Positions 28,643 through 42,700 of a stretch of 64,000 nt of DNA are shown piece after piece (position 1 is the first letter of the stretch; every line of letters begins with the position of its first letter). The notes under the pieces are model-generated. The model worked only from the letters and a program-made list of their open reading frames with translations. It was not told the DNA's origin and made no database searches. Where the stretch lies: assembly GCA_012295275.1 (NCBI GenBank), contig CM022666.1, positions 7,006,001 to 7,070,000 of the forward strand. The letters run 5' to 3'. This DNA is from Chrysomallon squamiferum. Lineage: Eukaryota; Animalia; Mollusca. Position numbers and translations under genes: made by a program.

Positions 28643-30687
28643 GTTTCTTCCCGATGGATGCTGAGCTGTGTGTGCTGTGGGTGTCCAGTGATGTTCTCAT
28701 GTGCACTGCCTCCATCTGGCACATGTGTACCATGTCCATGGACCGCTTCTTCACCCTCAAGTACCCCATGCGGTACGGGCGCAACAAAACCAAAACCATG
28801 GTGTTGCTGAAAATTCTCTTCGTCTGGGTCATCTCTGTCGCAGTCAGCAGCCCCCTCTGCATCCACGGCTTCATCGACAACACCGTGGTGTTCAACAACG
28901 GCGTCTGCGTGCCCACGCTCAAGCACTTCGTTATATACGGATCGGTGTTCGCATTCTACATTCCGCTGCTGATAATGATCGCCACTTACATTCTCACCAT
29001 CAGGATCCTGTGGAAGAACCAGAAGCTGATGAAGCGCATCGAGAGGTCGGACATGAGGCCCAAGCTGAACCAGATAAACCAGACGTTCGCTGGGATTGCC
29101 ATCCCCCAGCTCATCACGCCAATGAGAGTCGAGAGTCCCACTGGACAGAGAGTGACTTTTCCTGACTCCTCTATCCGAACATATCAGAACCAGTCTGGCG
29201 GTCAGGACAGACAACCCATGCCTTGTGTGTTATCTCCCCTGTCTCCTTCCAGACCTCTTCTTGCTCACAGTCCAGTTGGTTCCCCTGTTTCCCCGCTGCA
29301 CTCCACGCTGGACACTTTACACTACTCCCTGCCTTCCCCACTCTGCTCAGAATCGGAAGACGAACAAGACACGGACACTGCCTGTTCGCGACACTTACTG
29401 AAAAAACGCTCCAATTCGTACCGCACTCTCGGTCACAGTCCTCAGAAAAGAAACCTTTTCCGCACTCGGTCCAAAGAGTCCATCTACAACCCTTCATTTG
29501 AGAAAGAGAGTGAACAGGTGATGATAAAAGTGGAGGAGGACAAGAACAACCTGACAGTGCCCGAGAGAGTGTTCTATAAGAAAAGACGCAGCTCTGGACT
29601 CTACCAGACAAAGTCGGACACTCAAATTCCAGAGCTGTGTGCTGCAAGTAAAGTCTCGTCCAGGCAGACGTCTCTCAGCTTCAACAGACTGGACGACTGT
29701 AATTTCACGTCTGCTGAGTGGGAGTGTCGATTCCTTCAAATCCAGCAGGAGATGGATCAGTGCATCATGGATGCAGAACGCGAGATCCATCCCAGCAAAG
29801 AAGAGTCTTCGACTGCAAAGGAAACCGACTCGAATCTCACAGCCTGCGAGTCGCTAATTAAAGAATCTCTCAGACCGTTTTGTCTTTCTCTTCCACCTGC
29901 TAAACCAGCTGTGAAGCAGACCGATTCCGGTAACGTGAAGCCGGCGATCATCGACTCCAACACCAGCGACAACGTCCTGTCAGACGACTCCGACGATGAA
30001 GAAGACGATTCCACCCGTCTTTCGTCTTCCCCTTCTGACACGATCCCCATCAGGATTCAGTCCCCGCCCGAGTCCCCCAGAGTGCCCAAGCTGGACGGCA
30101 CAGTTCTCAATGGCCTGATAGCCAGCTCAGAGAAACACAACAACCTCGTGGTCAGCGACACCGACCAATACGACTCCGCAGACAACACCAACGTGGAGGA
30201 CGACACCGACGACACCCTCAGCACCAACATCCGGCCATCGCATCGTCTGAAGGAGAGGTTCCGCGCCACGCTGCGAGCCAGCATACGAAGACCCCTGACC
30301 AAACACCTCCTGTCCAAGAAAACCGCCACAAACGAGAGAAAAGCGTCCAAAGTTCTTGGAATAATATTTCTCGTTTTCGTCGTCTTGTGGACTCCCTTCT
30401 TCATCATGAACATCGTGTCGGTGACGTGCGACAACTGCATGGCTGACGTCACTGCTACGATGATGTCGGTGATTCTGTGGATGGGTTACACGGCGTCGCT
30501 GGCCAATCCCATCATATACACGATGTTCAACACGGCTTTCAGAAAGACATTTATTAAGATTCTGACGTGTAAACTGGGACACAGGACCTCCAAGTATCGA
30601 GATCCTGTACACATGAGTTGTACCACGATGATGAACAGCGACCGTCGCGGGACCATGACTGTTGTCATCAAAGACGATTCTCGATGA
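28643..30687 (+). CDS. HTR2: 5-HT2-type serotonin receptor (class A aminergic GPCR), terminal coding exon from ECL1/TM3 to stop; upstream exon(s) with TM1-TM2 not found in window
   Basis: Acceptor ttgcag at 28637-28642 (phase 1, G codon split), then 681 codons to TGA. TM3 CVLWVSSDVLMCTASIWHMCTMSMDRF carries the amine-binding Asp3.32. ICL2 YPMRYGRNKT resembles invertebrate 5-HT2B-type receptors (YPMKFGRNKT, from memory). TM5 GSVFAFYIP, TM6 ERKASKVLGIIF...WTPFFIMN and TM7 WMGYTASLANPIIYTMFN are 5-HT2 signatures. GC content jumps sharply relative to the flanks. Confidence 0.93.
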
Positions 30688-31166
30688 ACCGTGAATGACA
30701 AAAATACATGTAACTGTGTTTGAACAGAGATAACTGAGCGCGGTCAGAAATAACGAAAAAAAACAGTCAACAAATAAACACTGATATCTGAGTATAAATG
30801 ACGATAACAGAACAGTGAACAACTGTATGCTGTTTAATTGATTAAGAATAATGTGAACTCAACAGTGAATAATTAAAAACTGATATCTCACTAGGAATGA
30901 ACAGTAATGAACAGTCAGTGCTGACATCTATGAATAAAAATAACAACAGTTAACAAGTGAACATTGATATCCAAAAATCAACATTGAACTAAATTGTGTA
31001 ATTTGAATACTAAAGAAAATGATTAAACACTGATAAATGATTACGAATACATCACTGAACACTAAATAGTGGAAAAGTAAAATATTCAGGTAAAATGAAT
31101 AATAATGAACAACATGACCAATGTTTAAATATTATACAGTTCAGTTTTGACTACAGAACTAGTGAA

Positions 31167-31207
<41 letters not shown>

Positions 31208-32339
31208 TATATGGAGAATACATAAAAACTGTTGAATATATTTGTTACTATAGGACTTAAATGTTATCTAAGAATAACTGGAGAAAAAAAAAAACAGTGA
31301 AGAATTGAAATTCATGGTAAATAAAAACTGGATTTAGTGGCAGTGTTAGACAATAAATGTATCTGTGAATACTAAAGAAAGAAGCTAAATATGCTTCTGT
31401 TAATGTATTCGTGTAACAAAGCTCATGTTATTTGTTGGATGGTAAATCCATTCAGAATGAATAATGAATTGCAAAACTGAAAAAACTGGAAATGCAAAAT
31501 ATGACAAATAATTTTCAATGAAAGGAATATAAACAAACAATATTCAGTAAAAAAAAAAAATAATGAATAATATTCAATGAACAAAACCAATGAATAATGA
31601 ACAGTTAATACATTTATGAACAAAAGGAACTGAAAACAGAGAATTCCAGCACATTCTTTACCAAAAGCATAACACTCAACTGGATAAATATTGACAAAAA
31701 TTCAATATTCAGTGTAATACCAAAAAAACCTGCATGTTTTTGTGAACTGAGAGTAACACAGTGAATATAATCAGTGCAATTTGGGATTGTGCAATGAATT
31801 TTTTTTTTTTTTTTTGACTGAACCAGATTATTTAGAATCCTAGAATGAATATATCTGGATATTATTATAATATAAAATACTTAAACACCATAACACTGAA
31901 GTTTGTGAATTAAAAAATATTTCATTAAAGAATATAAATATACCCAAACATAGATAAAATGACTTTTGACACGTAACGAGAGAGAAGAAATCCTTGAATA
32001 AAACACTAGATTGATTTTAAAATATTAATACTGGATAACTGAATCACTGGAGCAGATTGCTGTTAAATTTAAATACTACAAATATTGAAATTCCAAGACA
32101 ATGAATAATGGCAAAGATAATTAAATGAAAACTCAGGGAATGGAAAAAAAAAAAAAAAAATTAAAAAAGTCAACAGAAAATGAAAAACAAGTAACAGAAA
32201 ATGAATGCATAATGAAAATCCTATGAAAATCAATTCATAATCTAAGGATTATGACTTTTAAAGCATCTACAGTGTGTTTGATGTTGTTGTGAATTCGTAT
32301 TTGGATTTTAAACTTGATGGTGAAGTTCATGTAATACAA

Positions 32340-32670
32340 CAACTACAACAACACTTAACTAAGAATTGTATCATCAACATTGTTGGATACAGATTACAAA
32401 ATCAACAACAGCATTACAATTGACCATGGATTATAACAACAACAGCAACACAGTTGACTGTGGTTTGTAACAACAATAGTAGCAACAATGCTGTACATGG
32501 ATTACAAAAAACAAAAAACAACAACAACAACAGTTAAGTGTTGACCACGGAATATATTCAACAACATCAACAATACTGACTAAGGACTAGGACAACATCA
32601 GTGCTGTTGACCAAGGATTGTAACAACAACCACAACCACAATAACATTGTCGACCAATGATTATAATCAG
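32340..32670. repeat. Degenerate ~30-35-bp tandem array (ttgaccatggattataac(aac)n-like)
   Basis: Recurrent ttgacc..gga motif separated by (AAC)n tracts. Confidence 0.65.
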
Positions 32671-33354
32671 CTCAAATTCTTTTACAGAAGTGAACTTTTT
32701 TACCAAATATTCTGTTGTTTCAGTTCACAAAACATAAAATTTGTTATTTAAATTTAAAACACCAAAAGCACAATCACAACATAAAATGGTGGCACTATTC
32801 AGATATGTGGATTACTAAGTGAAACATTATATAAATCTCTCTGTGTTCAAAAAAACTGTAATGCAATATTGCTATCAAAATATCCATGATTATTTTTCAG
32901 TGAACAATTTTAAGTATTAACAATATATAATATATTTAAGGCTTATTTATAATTAAATGTGTGCAAACAGAAGTCCAATATATATATTAAAACAGAGTAT
33001 GAATGACTGCCTCTCTCTGTGTGTTTGGTATGTGTGCGTATGTGTGTGTATGTGTGTGTTCATGTGTGTGTTCATGTGTGTGAGTATGTGTGTGAGTATA
33101 TCTCTGTGTGTTTTATCAAGTGTGGGATACTTGCTTTGCCTAAGTATATGTTTGTTTGGTTGTCTATATATTCATGAATCACTTTTGTCAGTTTACACAT
33201 CACAAATGACACCCACCCACACCTAAACACACACCCACTCACCCACACACACACACACACAAACACATGCACATTCTCTCACTCACTAAACACCTGTTAT
33301 ACATCTACTCAAACACTCATACAACTGTTACATTAACACAGGTACACATAACTG

Positions 33355-33399
<45 letters not shown>

Positions 33400-35549
33400 C
33401 ACATACATTCACACACACACACACACTTGCTCACATACAAACACATGCACAGACATCAATATTTTTCTTGTGCATCTAAGCTGAAGCAAGACAGCGTATT
33501 GAACATGGACAGTCAGAAATATCAAGTCTACACTTCATCATGTAACTCTGTCACATTTTCATCTCCTGCTGACAGACAGCCAGACTCATTATCTGCACAC
33601 AGCAACAGAGCCACTGACTACAGACAGCAGAAATTAACTCTTTAATCATGCGATCAGTCTCAGAAATATGAAATGACAATCACACACATTAAGTTTTTAA
33701 CGTTTTTTTTTTTTTTTTTTTCAAGGATCAAATCATTTCAAACATTTCTTTGTAAAAAATGTCGCTGTGATGATGCTCAGCAAACATTAAAGAAATTTAT
33801 TTTATTTGCTGGTGAACATCTTTTGTGTGTTATATTATGAATATTATTTAAAATGTATTTGTAACATACTTGCTGTCATACAGACACAAGATAAGCATCA
33901 TGTACATTATTGAATACATTTACAGAAATAACACACACATAAAACAAAACACTCCACACAGACTATATAAAATAAAAACCAAAAAAATACCCACCATCCA
34001 AAAAAAAAAAAAAAAAAAAAAAACCACACAAAAAATTATATTAATACAGATACATATGACCAACTGAGAATCAGTGTAATATAATCATAAACAATATATT
34101 TGTAAGATTCAACACTGTCAGAATGATCTAATCCATGTTTATCAAATTAAAAAATGTACCCATGAATATATTTTATTTTGATATCTTAGTAGTTAATATC
34201 AATAATTTCAAAAAGTAAATACTCAGGGTTTGACCAGGATGTTTTTCAAGTCTCAATCACATTCATTCTCATTTTCTATTCTTCTCTTTTTCTCGCTCTT
34301 TCAAATCTTCGCTTTTAATTATCTCTCTTTCTTTCTCTCTTCCTCCCTGCCTTTCTCCAATACACACAAAATCATTACCCAAACCTAATTCACTCTACAC
34401 AGAGCTGTTCTGAACAACATCATCTCTCTGTATGACATCCAAAGAAATCGCCAAGACATAAATAAAATGTGACATATAATTTTACTAACACCAGTCATTA
34501 CTTTTTCCCCTGCTGACTTCCATAATGCAGACTGGTCACTTATGATCATATTGCACTACTGAGCGGTCACTTGTAATAACGTTATGCTTGCAGACCATTG
34601 CAGTCTGGTCGTTTCTTGTCACATCTCAAATCATTCTCCATCCACAGATCATCCACTACAACAGTTTATCCTCGTTTCTGCACTAAGGATGAATAGATAA
34701 TTTTTTCCGACGGATAATATTTTTGAACAGATCATTTTTCACGATAATGGGCCTGATGACTCAATCTATTTCATTGACAATTCGTTATTTCAGAAGCGAA
34801 GTGAATCTGCTGAATAATTTCAGATATAATGTGACATTTTATGTGCGTTCTTTATTTCTCTGAGTAATCCGAATCGGAATGTTTTTGCCTTTGATGATGA
34901 AATGCCTTCCGAAAGAGACTAGTTTATTTTCAGAGTCAACTGATGGTGATATAATTAATGCCAGACAGAAATATCTTTTTGAGCTCCACTAGTTATTTCA
35001 AAATTATTCATGTGGCAAGATGTGTTGATGAAGTATTGTGTGTCTGTAGTTCAGGTGGGGTTGTAAAAACAGAAAAAAAGCGAGTACGTAATTGTCTTTA
35101 AATGCCTCTGTGTATTCGGTCGTGTGTGTGAGATGTAAGTACAGATAACAGAGAGAGAAAACGGAAGAGAAAAAGAGAGAGGGTGGTCAATGAGATAAAG
35201 AAAGAAAGAGAGGCAGAAAAAGAAACAGAAGATGACCAAAAAGATGGACAGTGAGAGGATAGAGAGACAGTCAGATATACAGACACAAAATAGACCAAAA
35301 CAAATTTGTGCCAGTATCAAAACAAAATACAAAAAAACAAGCTTTAAACAGAGCAGGAGATGTAGGATAAACAGATTTTTTTTTTTTTTTTTGACAGCTC
35401 AGTTTATATTTATATATAACAAACTCTACTTATCTTTCACAAAGCAACCCCATATTGATAAACAGAATACAAAAAAGTAACTAAAACATATAACAACATG
35501 TAATATAATAAGCTTATAGCATCCTCCAGAGATTATTCAGACATGTAAA

Positions 35550-35616
<67 letters not shown>

Positions 35617-38464
35617 TACACACACTATGATTGTCAACATTCCATTATTTGTATTTGAAATGTGCTAACTTGTGAGGCCGTGTTTTGAAAAAGAAAAAAA
35701 AAGTACAAAATTATATTTGTAACTGTGAATTTTGTCACTGGTATTTATTGTTTGATTAAATTTTGTCATAAAATACGTTGGCTTTTCTGTGTTTTCATTC
35801 ATGTACACACAGAGGTAATGCACTCTCAAATTTCAAAGCTTCGTGTGGACTAGTAATTAATGTGTTTTTTTTAATTTAACAACTATGAGGTAAATATTTT
35901 GTTATGATCCCATGTAAGTACTGCACTATTTTTGGCTGGAATGGGAAATAAATTGGAAATGGATTATTTTTTTCAAACTTACCGTATCGGAAAAGCTCAG
36001 TTATATCTAAACTTTAAAAAAAAGTAATAATAAAATAAAAAAACAAACAAATATTAAAATAAAAAATAATAATTTTAATTCAAAATAAATTTGTATCCTA
36101 ATGAAAATTTAAATGAAAGAAAAAAAAATTGAATTAAATCATAACAAGCATCAGCAGAAAAAACCCTTTTAAATAAAGTAAAACTTGAAACAAATTTAAT
36201 TATAGTCAACCAAATAAAATATATATATATATATATACACATATATACATACACACAAAAAAAAATAAAAAATAAAATAAAAACAAATAAATAAAATCCT
36301 TCAAATCCAACAAAAACTCTAAACAAATTTAATCACAACTAGAACTCAAAAAGATAATAAAACAAAACGATAAAACAATTTTTTTGTTTAAATATCAAAA
36401 ATTATATACAACAACAACAAAAAAAATCTATCCATATATTATAAACTGACACACAACAAATAAAAAAAATAAAAAAAATAAAAAAATTAAAATAAAAAAA
36501 ATTGTAACATGAACACAAAACATCAACCACAAGCCCAGAACAAAAACATCAACGACCGATAAAAACGACTGACAAAAATGACCACTGTCCATCGAAACTG
36601 TAAAGTTCGGACCCGAGTTAAAGACTGAGTTAATATGACATTGACATTTTGTGACCTCGCATCCTGGAGAATTCCTTCCATGGCTGGAAGGCACCAGACC
36701 GTCATAACTGAGTTGGGTTCGCACTACTTATGTAAATGTAGTAATGTAGTGGGGACCAAGAAAGACTGATGAGATGGAAGTCTGTCAATTAAATCAGAGA
36801 TTGGTCCTTTTAACATTTAATTAGGTGCTAATATTCTATATGTCAGAGGCAAAATGCTTTAGTGACGATGGAACGGGTAAAGCTGCTGCAAAATAGTTTG
36901 GAGGTGTTTGAAATTTAAAACTGAATTTTGTGAAATTGTTTTAAAAACTGATTCGATCTGTTACATATCTTTTTAAGTTCTTTGATCTTTCCATTCAAAT
37001 GTAATTCAATGAGTTTGTTTCTGTTTAAAGTGTTTGTTCATGCACATACGCACACACACACACACATACACACAAACACACATACTTTAAATGTCAGTTT
37101 AACACATTGTTATAATTCACTTGTCAACCTTTAAACATTTTAACCTTTCAAGATTTTTCTTTCTTTCTTAAATTCTATTTAAGCTGTCTTTTAATTTCTT
37201 TAACAATGATCAAGTCATTCATTACTCTTTTCATTATTGTGAAACTGTATGTATTCACAAAGATAAAACTAAAGCAATTTTTTTTTATTGTAAATCAGAT
37301 ATTAAAGTTTGACACTCAAGTAACAAGATGTAAAATTATGATGCATAGGGATGCCATTTTCCTTTCACCAATGACATCATTTAAGACTAGCAAAACTTTA
37401 TTATTAGCAAAGGAAAACATCCAAATTTACTAAATGTTTTCAAATCAATAAATCTTGTCAATGTATCTTGTCAATGCACAAAAAAAAAAGAAAACAAGGA
37501 TAATATTTCTAATATCAGGTTATTAATTAGAACAAAATCTGGAAATATAAAACCACAAGATTCAAGATACTGATTTCACAGCAATCTAACAAAAAACCTG
37601 CAGAAAAAGATAACGTCAAAAAAAAGAAAGAAAAAGAAAACTGACATCTAATCTGTGAATGTTTGGACAGACCGACAGACTAACAGACATGAGATATATT
37701 AACTGTGGGGCCACTGTCAGACTGTCAGATGTTAGATTAATCAAACATCCAGGTTCTCATATGAACCGAGAGAAAAACAAAATAACTTGTAACAGTGAGA
37801 AATATAATAGTTACATACATTTATGTGTTCATATATATGGATTTATATATGTATGTATGAATGTATGTATTTATGTATGTATGAATGTATGAATGAATGT
37901 ATGAATGAATGAATGAAATAATGAATGTATGTCTGTGTGAATGTATGCATTTATTTATGTATCTATTCGTGCATGTGTCTGTGTGTCTGTGTGTGTGTGT
38001 GTGTGTGTCTGTCTGTTCTGGCACTGAGTTACAGTCCACAGAATACAAGAAGACATGCACACTCACAAATACTTGACCTTCATTTCAGTTACTTACTGTA
38101 CAGTCTATAAGCATTTTGTGCCAACTGATCTAGCTCGACATCCAGAAAGAAATCATAACAATTCATCAGATTTGGTTCCGATTGAATCAAACACTCCATT
38201 ACATTGGGCATGATTGAAATTATGAGACCCTGGAATCACTGACCGTGAAGAAGGCTCAAACCAAAACCTCCAACTGCTCACTTTACTTAGTTACGCTTCA
38301 CCGATTTATCACACAAGAAGAATCGCTTATAGCTGCCAAATCAAATGTTTCATTTTTTGTGCGTTTTTGTTTTTATTAATTGGGGTTTAAAAATCAGTTT
38401 TATCTGGTCAGTTCCTAAATAATATTAAAGTAAAATTAGTTTTATCACAATAATAACAATAAAA

Positions 38465-38485
38465 ATAATAATAATAATAATAATA

Positions 38486-38523
<38 letters not shown>

Positions 38524-38536
38524 ATAATAATAAGAA

Positions 38537-38567
<31 letters not shown>

Positions 38568-38590
38568 AAGAAGAAGAAGAAGAAGAAGAA
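38465..38590. repeat. (AAT)n(TAG)n(AAT)n(AAG)n compound microsatellite
   Basis: Direct observation. Confidence 0.95.
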
Positions 38591-39585
38591 TTAAAATTAT
38601 CTGATTAAATTTTTTTTTTTTAATTTTTTAATTTTAACACAAAGGAATTATTATTAAAAAGTGTTATTGCTGAGAAATCAGTTTAAATAATGAACTCCCT
38701 CAGTCTAAATTTGAAAATGATGACTAAATGTTGCTTGTTAAATAAAAAAAACAAAAAAAAAAAAAAAAAAATATCCTGTTTAATAGAGCAAGAAGCAAAA
38801 AAACAACAACAGACAAGCAATAAAATGTTATTTTGTAAGAATGGAATGGAATGGAATACCGTTTAAACCGAAATATTGAAGGTTCGGTGAACAAAATGTC
38901 CATTTCATGAATTCTGATCACATGGTTATTGGGTACAAAATAAATGATTTCAGTTCCAATAAAAGTCTGATGATAAAAGAAAAATAATAATTTTATAAAA
39001 AAACAAAAAACAAAAAATATCAACCCTAAATCATTTTGTACTTTAATAATCAATATAAAATTGTAATCAAATTTTATTAACATTAAAGTAAAGGAAGGAA
39101 AAGAAAAGAAAAGAAAAAAGAAAGGAGTGAAAAAAGTTGGAGAAAAGGAAGGAAGGAAGAAAGGAAGGAATAATGAAGTAAGGAGGGATGAAACAAACTG
39201 AATGATTAAATGGGAAGTAGTTAAGAAAAGAAAGGATGAAAAAAAACAGTTATAAAAAAATGAAAGGAAGAAAAAATTAAAAGAGAAAAAGAAAAATTCT
39301 TAACGCTTGTTGGGTATTCAGATCATACAAAGGACATTAATGACTTTTCAAGGTTTTTCATTTAACGAGACTGGAAAACAATTATGGTCTAGAATTCAAT
39401 TAAAAACTTCCTTGAGCACGATCTCACATTATCAAAGCCAAAAAGATGAAGAAGGAAAGAAGATAAAGAAATATATATATGTAACTGAAAATATTTTTTT
39501 TAGAAAGGTTTGAAATCTTCAAGGAAAAGAAACTGATTTTTTTTTTATTGGGGGAGAGAGAGAGAGAGAGGAGAGAGAGGGAGGG

Positions 39586-39669
<84 letters not shown>

Positions 39670-39926
39670 AAGAGAGAGATGTGAAGAAAAAGAAGAAGTA
39701 AAAATCAATTATTGTGACTAGAGATGAAGGATGGTGATAAGAAAGTTCAGGCAATATGGCTTCTTCTAATTTCCTGTCTTGAAAACAGGTATTACCTGGC
39801 TTCACTTCCCTCCATCACTACAACATTAAAGTACAGTTTCAGTTTATTTTTATGTCTGTGTGTTTATGTGGGTGTGGGTGTGGGAGTGTGTGTGTGTGTG
39901 GGTGACAGAGAGAGAGAGACAGAGAA

Positions 39927-40013
<87 letters not shown>

Positions 40014-41996
40014 AGAAAGTGGGTTCGTCGATATATAAATAACTTTCAAGCACAAACACAGACTTAATGTTACTGTTTGCATTAACAAAAAATTTTGATT
40101 TTAAAGTAATCTGTTTTAAACTATGAAGTATCTTTAATAAAAGATAAAGAGAGCTAGTGTGAGACAGAGAAAGAAAAGAGGTAGAGAGAGATTTAAAAAA
40201 AAGAAAATGAAAGGGAGAAGTAACAACAAATACATTAACTGTATCTTTAATCTCTGCATCCATCAATGATAAAAACACCGACAGCTGAAAGCCTGGCTGG
40301 CTTGCTCACTTGATGAAATCTTATCTAACACTTTTACTTGCTTTGCAAATCTAATTAAATGATGACCTTTAATAAAAAAAATATCTTAAAAAAAGAGATA
40401 TTGTTATAAATTAAAATATTTTAATTTAAATTAAAAATAAAAGGCTAGGTTAAAACTCTTCAAAATTTCTGCTGAGCACAGATGATTGAGGAACAGTGAA
40501 AATTAAAAAAAAAAATAAAATAATAATAATAATAATAAAAACATTCACTAAATTTAATCACCATCTTAGGAGAGGAAAAGGCACACAGTCACTGAAGACT
40601 TGAAGATTTTGAAAATTTAATTAGAAGGCTACCACTAACACAAAAAAAAAAAAAAAAAAACAACAACAAAAAAACATTAAGTCTAACACTGCAAAATGTC
40701 CAGAGAGAGAAAGAAGTGAGTTTCTTCTAAATTTGATCATCTTTTCACAGGATGCAGTGACAAGAGGAAAAATACTGAAGATTGATATGCTGTAGGATCA
40801 GTCCATCTGAGTGAATCTACTGTGTTGTTTCCTGATCCAAGTGGAACTGAGTGTCTGGTTTATTAAAAGGCTATGCCTGTGTGAGATCTCTTGTAGCTGA
40901 TGTAAAAATTAGTTAGCTGCAAATGTATCTTCTGTGAGTTCCTTAACAGTGTGATTTTGGCTGCAGCTTCATTTCAATTAAAGTGAACTCTACAAACATA
41001 TGCGTGTTTCAAGTCGTTATTATAAAATAATAAACAAAAATTTGAAACTTTCATAAAACTTATTTTGTGTAAATCTGTGTGGGATAATGAGTTTTAAGAA
41101 TGCTTCATTCTTTTTTTTTTTTTTTTTTCTTTCTATTACATGAATTCTGTAAAGAAAACTTAAGTTTGATGTGAAAAGTGGCAGCAAAAAAATCAATCAA
41201 ACATTATTATTATTATTTTTTTTTTTTTATAACTTACAATTTTATATAACAGTCATCGCCAAAAAGTTATTTTACCTCGAGGAAATTCAAGGAGGATATT
41301 TTATGGCTTTGACTTTTAGAATTTTGTCAAATAAAATCTTACAGAATGGTGGAGCAGGATTTATTTTTTTTTTATATTTTTTTTTTTTTTTTCAATTTTA
41401 AATTAAATAACTTTTCACTTTAAATTTGAATTAAAAAATACATGTAATTAAATTTTATTATATACACTTCTATCGCTTCACAGTGAAGATGGGAAATTTT
41501 TTTATTTTATTTTTTGTTTCTGTATATAAAAAAAATTTAAACTTAAATTTTGAATTAAAAAGAAATAAAACAAACAAAAACAGCCTGTAATTAAAAAATA
41601 CAGCCTGTAATTTGTTGTAATTATTCAGTATCTATTATTACATGATCAATATTTGTATATTATCCAAAAATATACAATTATTATCCATACATCCATTAAA
41701 TCCATACTTAAGCGAAATCCAAACCTGTTATGATCCATACTTATCCATTAACTAAATCTATTAGCCAAACCTTTCTCTTAACCAAATCTGTCTGTGATTT
41801 TTACTTACTAAGACCTGGAACAGGCTATTATAGAAATCTGTCTATGATTCAAATCTATTAAGACCCATAAGAGGCTGTTATACAAAATGTGTCTGTGATC
41901 CAAACTTGTCCATAATCTAATGTCATACACGATCCAGACAAACATTTTACTTTCTTTTGGTTTCAGTCACCAAGCTTCTTGGACGTTTATGTAGTA

Positions 41997-42700
41997 CAGT
42001 ATACCCTCACCTGTTCGCGGTACCCCATTCGCGGCCCTGCATATTCGCGGGTTAGGCTCTTAACCCTATCGCATCGTATGCTGGTATACCAGGCGAGCAT
42101 CATAACGTCATAAAAACAAATGCTCGGTAAACCGCACAAACAATATCAATTTTTTTCAATTATTATTGCAATACAGTACGTATTTTTTTATAAATGCATA
42201 CACTGTATATACAGTGCATATTTTTTGTGACCGTGTATTAATAATGTTTTTAATTGCATATTATTACCTGAACTGTGCGTACTGTATTTATCTGTCTGTT
42301 TGCCTTTAAATTTGTTCCACTTTCTGTCAATTCTAATACATATGTTGTACGCATAGAAAATGACTTTACAGTACAGTAATACAGTATGGGTAACTATGCT
42401 ATGCGGTGTTACTGTCCTCCTGTACTTATGTTTCTTTCTGATTAAAATATTGTTTCAGTACAAAATTAAAATGCGTTTACATTATCATTACTACATTAGT
42501 GAAATACATAACTGCATGCAATATTACTACATTATTACTGTATTAATGAGTAAGAGTGTCTTTAGAAAGTGTTTGGGAAGCATCTAGTACCGTATATAAT
42601 CTCATAATAGACGTTTTAAAACTGCATCCAATATTCGTGGTTTTTCGCTATTCGCGGGGGGGTAAAGAACGTAACCCCCGCGAATAGCGAGGGAATACTG
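41997..42700. mobile_element. 704-bp non-autonomous DNA transposon (MITE), Tc1/mariner superfamily, pogo/Tigger-like
   Basis: Flanked by TA at 41995-41996 and 42701-42702 (target-site duplication). Left end cagtataccctcacctgttcgcgg and right end (reverse complement) cagtattccctcgctattcgcgg form imperfect ~23-bp TIRs beginning CAGT. Subterminal ttcgcgg repeats at both ends. No transposase ORF. Confidence 0.88.

Noticed and set aside
28321-30822. Antisense and off-frame ORFs overlapping the receptor exon (297, 231, 158, 154, 131 aa)
   Set aside because: They are shadow ORFs expected from GC-rich coding sequence, with no PSMD1 or other homology recognised.
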